From: the human T2T-CHM13v2.0 reference genome, Homo sapiens
Assembly (NCBI RefSeq): GCF_009914755.1
Contig: NC_060927.1
DNA length: 64,000 nucleotides
Direction: 5' to 3' (one strand)
Positions within the stretch are counted from its first letter, which is position 1; each line of letters begins with the position of its first letter. The notes beneath the pieces are model-generated. The model was given only the letters and a program-made list of their open reading frames with translations, was not told the origin of the DNA and ran no database searches. The position numbers and the translations under genes were made by a program. Positions 38,509 through 52,675 of the stretch are shown piece after piece.

Positions 38509-39813
38509 AGTTTTCCTGCTTTCCAAGCATCGTGGCTAAATCACCTGGGCTTCAGCTCTAGGGAAGTCTTGAATTAAACTTCTAGCTATAGGCTATGGCA
38601 AAGTATTGAAACAGAACCACAGAAGATGGCATTTAATTTTACACTGGTTTTCTGAGATTGTCACTAGCAGCAGTCACTGTCAGTGCTAGGTCAATAGCAA
38701 AAGACGGGTTAACACAATGTGGATTTTTTAAGACTGTTTTATATACAGTACGATTCCCTAACTCAAACATCAGAAAGGGCACATCTGAAATGGTAAAAAG
38801 TATAAATTGCAGAATATTATGCAGAATGGAATTTTGTTCATTCAGTTAAGTTCAGTGACTTCAAATGAACTCACAAAATTTTCAAGTAGAAATTTTGTTT
38901 TAGTGGAAGTTGAGAATTTTTAAAAATTAACACATTAAGACACCAGTTTAGGCAATCCTGGTATTTGTTTCCCAGTCTTCCCCAGATTTTATTTGTACTG
39001 CTCATTTAAGCCATTCTATGTACATCTTGTTTCATCTCCACTACAATTCTGGGAGAAAAATATTTTCACTGATTTTACAGATAAAGCAGCTGAGATTGTA
39101 TGGATAAGGTCCCTGTGCAAAATATAGTTAGGGTCCAAAAACTTTCAGAGGAGCCCAGGATCAACAGCAATTTATACCGAGCACTTAAATCTCAGTCTAA
39201 GCTCTGGAAATGCACATTTACCTTCTCTGAACTCTGAAGCTCCTGTGTGTACCTATCCATTCAGATAACCTCCCATCCCTGGCAGGTAGCCTCCAGGGAC
39301 CTGAAGTAATATAGTTAACCAAAAATTAACTATATTAATTTAGTTAATATAAAGTTTTATTTTTTCCCTACCACTGGCAGGAGGAATCCAAGGCATGAAC
39401 TAAATGGCACCCTCAAGCCACTGGAGTCAAGCAGGGGCTCACTTCAGCTCATTCTCAGAGCAAGGCCTTTTCAGGGCCCAGAGGTATATTCACTTCTGAA
39501 CTTCCCTTGAGGTTTTTTTCTTCTTTCCCCATTGTAAGAAAGTACTACCTTGAACTACCCATATTCAAACCGGGGAAAGGAATGCAGGGCAGTCTAGGAC
39601 TTTGGAGAGAACCTTATTGGGAAGACACAATTCTCAGGTGCCTTATTCCAAGCCTCAGACCTCAATAATCCTAAATTCCAGATTTGCATGCCAGCTAGAA
39701 GAAACCAAACTTGTGTTTCTCCTCCCCAACCTATAGGAACCCCTGTTTATAGAGGGCTATAACTAAGCCCAAGGCCTGGAGGCAGGTTGTTTTCAGAGGT
39801 TTCCCCCACTCAT

Positions 39814-39856
39814 ATGTGTATGTGTGTGCGTGAGTGTGTGTGCGTGTCTCTGTGTA
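39814..39856. repeat. Imperfect (TG)n microsatellite
   Basis: Direct reading. Confidence 0.9.
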
Positions 39857-40069
39857 TAGGAGGAGGCCAAAGAAAAGCCATTATGCAGATGAAAGCCATT
39901 TAAAACATTCAAATTCTCCCTAGTACTAAATGGGGTAGAAAGCACCTTGAAAGTTTTCCTTGAGGCTCTTATTAATTTTATTTTAACATTAAACCTCCTT
40001 ATAGTATTGATATTTTACTTCAGCCTCGTGATCTGAGGTCCTTCTAATGCTTCTTCTGTTACATCCATT

Positions 40070-42410
40070 ATGCATTCATTTGTTTACTCAACCCACATTT
40101 AATATTTGCTGAGTGCCTACTATACGGAAGGAGCTGGAGACACGGGGCTGAATTGAATGGACATGGGTTCTGCCCTCAAGGAGATTGCTATCAAGGGGAC
40201 ATTAACTGAGTGCTTGCTCTGTTCCAGGAACTATACCTATCCGTTTATATAAATAGTTTATTAAGTTTTCTTTGCATCAATTCTCATAAAAATCACCTGA
40301 GGTAGATATTATGATTAATATTCTTTTTACAGTTGAGAAAAAGTGATGAGAAAATGGCACTTGCCAATAGTCAGTCAAAATTCAAGCCAGGGTATTCCAG
40401 AGCACAAACTCTTTACCACCATGCCATACTGCATTTATTTTAATTGTGTATATTTGCAAATATTTTAGTTATAAAGATTAAATATCACAGTACAAGTAAA
40501 AACTCTTAATATTGTGCCTGGCATTTGGTCTGCAGCAATTTGTTTTTATTCTTGCATCCTGCACAGAGAGAACTTAACTAATCCTGAGCTCCCAAAACTT
40601 CTACCATACCCATCACCCCTTAATATAGCTCCAGACAATCATTGTGGCCTTGCGCTGTCTCTCCCACCAAGACAGATTTCTACCTATTCTTTAGGAACCA
40701 AGAGACAAGATTTGGTCATAAGACACTAAGAACGCAGGATAAGAACCAACTTCGGAATTAAATTTACTTGGGACTGGGAGCAGTCTCAGCCAGTAAAGCC
40801 ACTTCCTATACGAAACCCAGAGAAAACAGAGTCTTCAGAACAGTCCAAAAGCCCCAGTTAAAATTAAAGTCAGGCTAAACATCACTTCCACCATCATCTC
40901 TGGCCAGCCAGAAGAAATAAAATAAAACTTCCTTTAATATTCTCCACTTACTGAGAATTTTCTATGTGCCAGGCTTAACGTAGTGCAGAAAGGACTGGTT
41001 TTGGATAAGATGACCTTGTTTCAAATTATGTTGTTTCCTTAGAAAATTATGTAATTTCTCTGAACTTCTGATTCCACATCTGTGGAGTGGAAAGTGTAAA
41101 ATGCTGCGTTGTTATGAGGATTAACTAAAATCACTTATCTGGTCTCTGATGACATGCAACAAATGTTGGCTCCCTCAGTTCCATCCTCTCTCTGTCAGAC
41201 AAAATTTTGCCGTTGTCACTGTGAGTAGGGAGTATCCAATTCTGTATTTTCTACTTTGATGTTGTGAGTTTAATCCTTCTATTGTGCCACCTAAGTTTGA
41301 AAAGGTCTCTACCTTAGCATGCCTATTCAAACCAGGAGATTAATAGTGTACTGGTAGCTCCGTATCACTTTTTTCCCAACAGAAAATAACAAGAGTAACA
41401 TATTTACTAGGGGGCCTAACCACCTACGTGCCATAATCGGTAGATGTTGTGTATAATGGGAGGAACTTGGAACTGATTAGAAATTTACCTGTTATTTTGG
41501 ATACCTATCCCAAGATATTCCCTGAAGACTGTTCAGTTCATACTGCATACAGTCTAGTTGAAGGAGGTTGCAGTCATGTGAATAAGTGTGGGGTTACGTT
41601 GACTCGACAAATATTTATTGAATGTTTCCCAGGTGCCAGCCGAGAGTCTGGGTGCTGAAGATGTTGAATGAGACAAACAGAGTTCTGGCTCTTGTAGCAT
41701 GTCACCCCAGTGAAAAAATTCTGCCAATGATAGCTGACATTTATTACACGCACACTGTATGTGAGGCACTGCAATATTAGGTGTTGTCGGTGTGTGTTAT
41801 TTTCTTAGGAACCCTACAAGCATTTGCTGCTTTTATTATCTTCACTTTACAGATGGGGAACCTAAGCACAGAGAGGTCAGTTAACTTGCCCAAGGTCGTA
41901 CACGTGATAAATATCAGAGCCAGGATTCAGACAGACTCCAGAGACTTCTGCCTCAATCACAGTGCAAACTGCCTTTCTATATAATCTGGAGTTTTGAGTG
42001 GTATTTTATATTATTCAAAGAGATTTTATATTTTATTCTGTGAACTTCGTAACACATCTGTGAATTGGGAATACTAGGTATTACACATCACCATTTTAAA
42101 AACTAAAACTAAATAGAAAGTTAAAGCAACTGGCAAACTCATAGCCCTAGCCCACAGGGGGCTGGAAACAAGAACCCAGGTTTCTCCTACTTTTCGTCTT
42201 TAGTATTCCTCTTGCTACATATACATACACATTTAGTTGGGAAAAGAGAGGAAGGGCCTGTTCAAATATGAAATGGACTGAGAGATCTTATACCACGCTC
42301 AGTCTCCTCCTCATAAAATAAGGTTAAAACTGGCTTTGGATTGGTTACTGTAAGGACTGAGAAAGCTTGTATAGTGATTAGCATGTAATGATTACTTTGT
42401 AAATGTTAGA
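40070..42410. mobile_element. Cluster of old L2 and MIR fragments (L2 ~40070-40190, ~41600-41700; MIR ~40190-40420, ~40975-41170, ~41730-41975, ~42040-42200, ~42290-42410)
   Basis: MIR cores such as tttacagatggggaacctaagcacagagaggtcagttaacttgcccaaggtc; L2 ends such as aaatatttattgaatg. Confidence 0.65.
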
Positions 42411-43409
42411 GCCTCTTCATCCTGTGGTTACAGATTCATGTTTTTATCCTTTCACATTGGGTATGGGCAAATACTCAGAAAAATTGCATTTCATTCTTGG
42501 GAAATATCTGAACAGTCAAATCACTGTTAATTACAAAACAAAACCAGCTCTGTAAAGCTGGTCCACATGAATGTTTAATGGGCAGACAAAATAAGAAAAA
42601 TAATGTTGTAGCTGCAAATTAAGAGAAAGATTTACCTACTCCTGAAGTCACCCACTGCTAGAGCAAAAATATTTCTTAGAGATTACTTTATAGATCTGGT
42701 CCAACAAATCTAGAAACCAAACACAGATATGAACTACTCTGTCCAAAGTTCCACATCCAATTGGGGCAACATCTTGCAGTAGACTCCTGCTCTGCCAGCC
42801 TGCCCCCTACCTCCACTCTTCACCCCACCCCCATAGGTATGGTCTCTGCCACACAGAAGGTATGGTCTCTGCCCCAAGGCTCTCCATGGGCCCTGCAAAG
42901 CTACCTGATGAGCCATGCTCTGACGCTGCTTCCACACAAAGCCACCTTCACATGGTCTATCTTTAGTACAATTTAATGAATGGAGGCCCTTGGAGGTGCT
43001 CTGAGAATGACCATCATTATAAAAATCTCAGCTCTGTGGAGCAAACCTGTGTGGAAGCTCCCAAGTAATATAGCCCCTGGAATGCATGAATCCCTCATCA
43101 TTAACCCTGTGGGAAAAGCATTTGTGTTGTCTTACTAGTCTGCTCATGTTTTTAAGAAAAATTCTGCTTGCATATAAAAATATTATCATTATCTTCTTAA
43201 ACTCTCAAGTTTTTCTGTTGCCTGTGAAAAACAAAACCCTTCAGAAAAGTAGCTACTGACCAGAAAACTTGGTATTAATTTTTCAAGGAATAGATTCCCG
43301 GTTATACTTGAGCTGCATGCCTCTTCCTTCAGTCACACACACACACAGTGGAAATACCAGACACACTCTTTCTTCTTCAGTGCTTCTGGACTTACCATGT
43401 ATTTCATTT

Positions 43410-43920
43410 CAATATTTTTTCATTTATTCATTGAGCAAATATTCCTTCAGACCTGCTATGCATTCGGTCCTATGCTAGACATAAGCTACACTTCTTGCTC
43501 TGGAGGCATTCACTGGGGAGACAGACCCTCAAACAAGTAAGTTACAAGTGCTCTCCTGGACTCATGAGGAGGGACACAGTGTTGGCTGAGGCAGCAGAAG
43601 GAGCAGCCATCTCTTCCTGAGACATCTGGGAAGCTTCACAAAATAAGTGACTTTGCACTAGGTCTTGGAGGACCAGTGGGAATTTTCCAGGTGATGACTG
43701 GGGAGGGTTCTTGGAAGGGAGAAGAGCATGTGTAAGGATGTAGACTCGGGAGAAAGCACGACATGGTTAGTGAATGACAAGGAACAGTGCGCAGAAGTGA
43801 ATGAGCCCAGTTTGGAAAGATAGGTTGCAATAATAATGAGAAGACTCTTTTGGGTCAAATGAAAGCACTTGAACTTGTTCACAGGTAGGTGGGCAGTTTT
43901 GCTCTGGTGAAGGCTTCTAA
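43410..43920 (-). mobile_element. L2 LINE 3' fragment
   Basis: catttattcattgagcaaatattc tail, then G/A-rich antisense L2 body. Confidence 0.65.
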
Positions 43921-44540
43921 ACAGTAGTGAGCAGACTCAGGGTCATTTTGGGAAAATCTAATGTTCGTCAGCCGTTGGCAAAGCTTCTGCCCTTGAGGCT
44001 GGGCCCACTTTCTTAGACTTTGAGGAGAGATTGAACATGGAAATCACGGCTGCACCAGTCTCCTGTCTAGAAAAAACATCTAGACTTCTGTTTAGAAAAA
44101 ACAGCTAGTTGCATCTGCAGCTTCCTGAAGCTCTTCATTCCTGAATATGAAATTCTATATGTCTGCCCGGGCATTTTTATAGCACTGAAAAGAAAAAAAT
44201 ATCTGACCACTTTGTTTATTTTGGAGGAAAATTACAGAGAGATTTTGAAGGTTCCAGCCTACTTTTTCTGTTTGAGGATTTTAAAAAGAGAGAAAGAGAG
44301 AGTTTGGGTCTGATTTGAATAATGGCCTGTGTTCCCGAGAGCTTTGTGCTTTGGTAAGCAATGTGGGCTGATTATTGCCTCATGCTTTTCTGAAACAGCT
44401 GTCTGTCTGCTTTTAGAGCTCTATTCTAGGGGGATTGCAGGAGCCACAGAAGAAAATTTAACTCCTAAACACTCACATCACTTGGGAAGAACAGATCCGA
44501 AAGAGCAGTGGTATAGTTTTTTCTATTGTCTTTTTCGTTG

Positions 44541-44575
<35 letters not shown>

Positions 44576-45439
44576 TTTCAGAAAGTTGGTGGTTGGTTGA
44601 GGCAAATAGAGAAAGATTCCTTCTGTGGGCTCAAATGGAAGGTTTACATGAGCCATTCCTCTGAAGTTCACCTTCTCAACATTTTGATGTATGTCTCCCT
44701 GTGTCTTTGAGTTAAGTTTTCAGCTAGGATCTACTGTTTCAAGGAGGAACAAGTTAGGACCTATATCACTAGGCTGCTTTTCTGGTTTCTGAGTCCTACT
44801 GTAAATCAAGCATATCTGGAAACCACACCATACTGCTGTCATGGGTTTTATTGTTATATCCAACTGGGACCTGCCTCTTCCTCATGTGGTGATTATTTAC
44901 TAAACACTATATGCAGTTGGCATTTGTCAAGTACTCTGTGTGTTTAGTTGATGAAGTTTTTTTCCTATCACTGGTGTTACAAAGGGCCCTTGGCTTAGTG
45001 AGCTTCCCTTTCATGGTAGGATGACAACTAAACCAACCTGACCAGGAGACCAGGGCCCTGGGAGAACAGAAGTCAACTTTTCAGGTAGCAAGTCCAAGAC
45101 CTGTAGTGGTCCAACAGCACTGATTGAGATCTGGATAAGATGCCAGAACTGCCTGCCCCTCTCTTATGCTTTATAGGACTTTCCTGTCAGTGCCTCTGAC
45201 CCTGTGAGGTATCTTTCCATACTGTCAGTTGTTCCCAACTGAATACACAAATCTCTCTAACCAAAGCTTACAGTTCAGCCAACTCCCAGTGGTTCTTCTG
45301 AATTAACAGAATTAGCAGAGCATTCTGCAGTTTGATCACATACCCGCTAACAGTGAGTTTAGCTTCTCTTCCATATTTGATATTTCTGAATTTTTCTGAA
45401 TGCCCAGAGAATGTACATAATAACATTGATAGTATCAAA

Positions 45440-45922
<483 letters not shown>

Positions 45923-48900
45923 AAAACCTGCATTTCTTGATATCACAGGCCTTGAGAGAATCTCAGGGACAGGTTTTCCACATATATGCATATTAGTAAC
46001 TGCAGGAAGTTGGGAGGAACGGGTCCCTGGACCAAATTATATTTCACCCCCAAGTCAGAGACTGAGGACATTCCAGGGACACCCCTTCTTTCTCCAGGAT
46101 ATCATTCATATCCACAGGTCATAGTAGAGTCAGTCTTTAGGCATTGCTTAAAAAACATAAAGCCCTGCCTTTTTGGAATAAGTTAAATGATCAGCTTGTC
46201 AGGCTTATGCCCACACTTTATGTCTGGGCAAATTTCAGCAACTTAAAAAAAAAAAAAAGGATGAACTATTCAAGTTCCAACATGTCTAACCTAAAATAAG
46301 TATATGTCAACATCAAGATGTATCCATATATAAATGGAAAATTAAAGAGAATAAAACTAGTGTATTTCTATTATGCTTTTTAACTTCATATCTAGTTTGG
46401 CCTGGGCTTTTAAACTGGCCACCTGTTTCCAAAGTATGGACTTCCAGCACCACTGTGTTCATGAACCATTTACCTTCATCCTGCTTGCACCAAATTTTTT
46501 TCACTCATTTCTAACCTCCTCAGATCCTGCCCAGGGCTTCACATTCATACTTTGCGTCCTTTGATTATGTTTCTTTTAAACTGAAATTGATTTCCTTCCT
46601 TGGCTGTAAATTGCTAGAAAATTGCTTCCAGTCCCTCCAGTTAATGATGAAGCCTAATGCAACCTCAGTATAGGATGCTGCCCAAGGGCCAGTCTGCCAG
46701 GTCCAAACTCCCCTGAGTTTGCTTCAACTCTCCCAGAGAGAATTGGACAATTGAAGTTAAACACCCTTTCTGTTCACATTAAGTGTGATAACTGACTCCT
46801 GGAATTGAAATAGCTTCAGGGAGGCATCTTCTCAAGAGATACAATAATTCCTTATGTAGCCCTTTAGAGCTTACAAAGTCAACATTATCAACTTATTCAG
46901 CAAGCATTTATTGAGTACCTGCTGTATGCCAGGCACTCTACTAGAGTAGTCTAATAAGTGATACAAAGATGAATAAGACAGCCTCGGGATAACCTGGGGA
47001 GTAGGTAGACAAAGCAGATAAGTTATGGGAACTTAGGCAGGAAGGAAGAACAGAGTCAGAATTTTGTCAGTACTTTCTTTACAAAAAAAAAAAAGGCATC
47101 TTCACCTTTGGTGACTCCTGAGAATCTGAAGTGAGATCACCATTCCTAAACTCTCGTCCATTTCTAGAGACTTACTTATTTTGTTTCAAAACTGCCACCA
47201 TCTTTAACAATAATAAGTGGACATGACTTATCCCTTTTGTAAATAGAGTTTACTTTCATGCATTTCCCTCTGAATAATCTTTACTGTTTCTCACTTGCTG
47301 TCCTTCTATCAGCAGGCTCTGATCTGAGCCCCTTTGTGTCAGCCACTCTGCATCCCTTCTGTGATAGAAGTAGATCAGAATAACACTTAACAAATTACAG
47401 GTATTTGGGATACAAGCGTCTTGCAGCTTTGTGCCTGAGAAGAAACTTTTCCTTATAATTTCCTCTCTAGCAGGTGTTACGTTCCATTGCATTGCCCTGT
47501 ATGCAGGTAAAAACCCAACCAAACAAGAAAATCTTACCAAGTCCCTGAGTTTTTTTCTGTCTGTCTATCTCTGTATGTATGCATGTGTCTAGCTAGCTAG
47601 CTAATCTTCCTCTCAAGGACATAAACTTTTTCTCTCAGAAGTTAGGTAGGCCTGCCTATAAGATCAAAATCATTTCCTTCGTGTTCCCCCACTCTGGAAT
47701 CAGAAGATCTGAGTTAAAGCCAGTATGGCACTAAATGACAGTGTTACCCAAGACAAGTCATTTTGTCTTTCTGGGACTCAGTTTCTTGGTTTGATATCAG
47801 AAGTGGCATAGATTAGGTGAGCTATAAATTGGAATACACTGGGAGATTGCTCTAGACCATGTGTTGAGTCGGGATAGAGCTGGGGTTTAGACAAATTCCC
47901 AGTTTCTTTCCACTGCCCCACACCTTCTCAGAAAGTCAAATCATGAAGCACTTTAGCATACTTTAGTCTGATTTTTTTTCTCTATATCGTATATGCATCT
48001 TACTGACCTAAGCAAATATATGGTCATACCAACATCAGAGACACAAATCTCTGTCTCATTCTAAACTCATAGTCCTGGATTTGGAAGCCCAAGTCTAATG
48101 AGATCTATCCCATCACAGAAGCAGCCAGAAGACCCCAAGTGGCTATAAGATGGGGTTTAACACAAGCTATGGACATCTAGAGGTAGGGCTGGGTCTCTAA
48201 GCTAATGATCTCTCGCAGCCTCCAGCCCAGCCCTGTGACTTTTTCAGAAGCATCACTGCATCAGTCTGGATCTATTATCTCTTGATTAAGGCTGCTTATA
48301 GAGTACAACATTTTACAGCTTAGCCCAGCTTCTTGCATTTTCATCAGTTGCTTTATTCTTTTCCTTAACAATTACTGCATGTCAACACCCTTTCTCCTGT
48401 CAGCATACCAAACCCTGTACAGGAGGCTGGCATTGTTCCAAGTAGACTAAAGTTGGGCTTTCCTCTTATTACAGTCTTTTAAACCCAAGGGAGTTGAATG
48501 ATCTTTGAACATTCCTGGGGATTCCATTTCAAGATACTTCCCTACAGGCTGTGGCAATGCCACATTTAACCTTGATCCCCAGAAACTAGGAATGGCCTGG
48601 CTTTATAACTCATAGGTAACAGCTTGTGTGACTCTGTTCTGGGCCTCTAGGCCACTTCAGAAGTGATTAACCCTGTTATCAGAAGGCAGTGGGAAGCATT
48701 TGGCTTCACTATATTCTGTCTCCAAGTTTGATTCCTTTTTCTTTCTTTTTTTGCTTATAAAACCTGGCTGAGGAATAGTTATAATTTTCAGGTGGAATAA
48801 ACTCATGATTTTTATGTTCTCTCCTGTCCCACATCAAAAATACCATTGCAAACTGGAGACATAAGCAAGATTTTTCAGCTTCTACCATCTTTATGTCCAA

Positions 48901-49172
48901 ATATACATTTTTCTCTTTAAAAAATAACATACAGTAAAATTGACTCTTTTTTTGGTGTTTGATTCTGTACATTTTAATACACATAGTGTGTCATGTAACT
49001 ATCACCACAATCAGGATACACTGTTCTCTCAATTCCCTCAAATTCCCTCCTGCTGTATTCAAATCTCTGCCGTTTGCCCAGTACCTAGCCCCCGGCAACC
49101 ACTGTCCTAAAGTTTTCCCTTGTCCAGAATAACATAAATGGAGTCATAGGGTATATAATCTTTTTTTTCAGT

Positions 49173-50552
<1,380 letters not shown>

Positions 50553-51485
50553 TTAGCATAATGCATTTGAAATTTGCTCTTGTTGTTGTTTGTATAGTTT
50601 GTTACTTTTTATTGCTGAGTAGTATCCCATTGTAGAGCTATAGGACAGTGGTTTATCCATTCAACCCTTGAAGGATATTTCAATAGTTGCAGTTTATGGT
50701 GATTGTAAGTAATTTGCTATAAACATTTGTGTGTACATTTGGTATGTAACATAAGTTTTTATTTTTCTGGAATGAAAACCCCAGAGCGCAATTACTGGGT
50801 TCATGTCATAAGTGTATGTTTAACTTTGTAAGAAACTACCACACTGTGGATGAGTGGGTGTACCATTTTGAATTCCCAACAGCAATGCAAAAGAGTTCCA
50901 GGTTTTCCACATTTTTTCAAACACCAAGTATTAATTGTCAGTGTGTTTCCGCTTTCGCCATTTTAATCAATGTGTCATACTATCTTATTTTGGCTTGAAC
51001 TCACACTTCCCAAATAGCTGATGGTGTTGATTACCTTTTTATGTGGTAATTTTCCATTTTTAAATCTACTTTGGTGAAATGTCTGTTCAAGCCATTTACC
51101 CATTTTAAAATTTTGAATTTTTAGAATTTTTTTACACATCCTTCTTACAAGTCCTTTGTCAGATATGTAATTTCAAATATTTTCTCTTAGTCCATGGCTT
51201 GTATTTTTATTCTCTTAACAGAGTCTTTTGCAGAGCAAAAGGTTTCATTTTGATAAAGTACAATTTACCCTTTTTGGTGTCATATCTGACAACTCTTGCT
51301 TAATTCCTAGTCACAAAGATTTCCCCATTTTTTTTCTAAAAGTTTAGAGTTTGATGTTATAGCTTTTACCTATCATATATTTTTAGTTAATTTTTTAATA
51401 AGGGGGTATGAGGTTTAAAATGAGGTCCTTTTTTTACACACATATATACATATATAATTGTTCCAATAGCCTTGTTGAAAAGACT

Positions 51486-52165
51486 TGATCAGTTTTGTGT
51501 TGCTAAAACAGAATACCACTGACTGGGTAATTTATAAAGAAAAGAAATTTATTTCTCACAGCTCTGGAGGCTGTGAAGTTCAATATCAAACTGTTGGCAT
51601 CTGGCACAGGCCTTCTTGCTGCATCATCCCATGGTGGAAGGCAAGAGGGTGAGAGAGGATAAGAAAGCACAAGAGAGGGCTGAACTCATTTTTATAACAA
51701 ACTCACTCTGGTGATAATGAGCCTACTCCAGAGATAACGACATTAATCTATTCATGAGAATTCTGCCCTCATATATTAGTCACCTCTAAATGGTCCCACC
51801 TTTGGCGGGGCACGGTGACATATGCCTGTAATCCCAGCACTTTGGGGACCAAGATGGGCAGATGGCTTGTGCTCTGGAGTTCAAGACCAGCCTGGGCAAC
51901 ATGGGGAAACCTCGTCTCTACAAAAAATACAAAAATTATCTGGGTGTGGTGATGCATGCTTGTGGTCCCAGTTACTCAGCAGGCTGAGGTGGGAGGATGG
52001 GTTGAGCCCTGGGGGCGGAGGTTGTTATGAGCTGAGATTGCACCACTGCATTCCAACCTGGACAACAGAGCAAGACCCTGTCTTAAAGAAAAAAAGTTCC
52101 CACCTTTGCATTGGGGATTAAATTAACAATACATGAACTTTAGGGGACACATTCAAACCATAACA
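51486..52165 (-). mobile_element. MSTD-like MaLR solo LTR interrupted by AluJ
   Basis: gactgggtaatttataaagaaaagaaatttatttctcacag...gacacattcaaaccataaca. Confidence 0.8.
51804..52095 (+). mobile_element. AluJ (Jb-like)
   Basis: ctgggcaacatg, gtggtcccag, gggaggatgggttgagccc; TSD TCCCACCTTT at 51794-51803 and 52098-52107. Confidence 0.9.
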
Positions 52166-52675
52166 GTGTCCTTTCGATATTGGGCTGTCTTTGTATCTTT
52201 GTAAAAAAAAATCAGTTGACTATAGTTGGGTGAATCAGTTTCTAGACTCTCCATTCAATTTCATTCATCTATGTGTCTATCCCTACCACATTGTCTTACT
52301 ATAGCATTATAGTAATCTTAAAATCAGTAATATAATAATATAATTCCTCCAACTTAGTTTTTCATTTTCATATATAATGGTTCTGGCTATTCTAATTCCT
52401 TTGCCTTTCCGTATAAAATATAGAATCAGATTGTGATATCTTTAAAATATCCTGCTGGAATTTTGATTGAAATTGTACTAAATCTATGAATCACTTTGTG
52501 GATAATTGACATCTTTACTATATTGAGTCTTATAATTCATTAGCATAATATGTCTCTCCATCTATTCATGTCTTTCATCAGCATTTTGTAGTTTTCAGCA
52601 AATAAAATAGGCAGATGCTCTTTAGAAGAGTGTTTTTAATGCCTAAGTGTTTGGAGATTTTCCCCAATATCTTTC

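Noticed and set aside
44831-45238. Additional minus-strand exon candidates (e.g. 45101-45130)
   Set aside because: Several frames are equally plausible and splice sites are weak; not included in the model.
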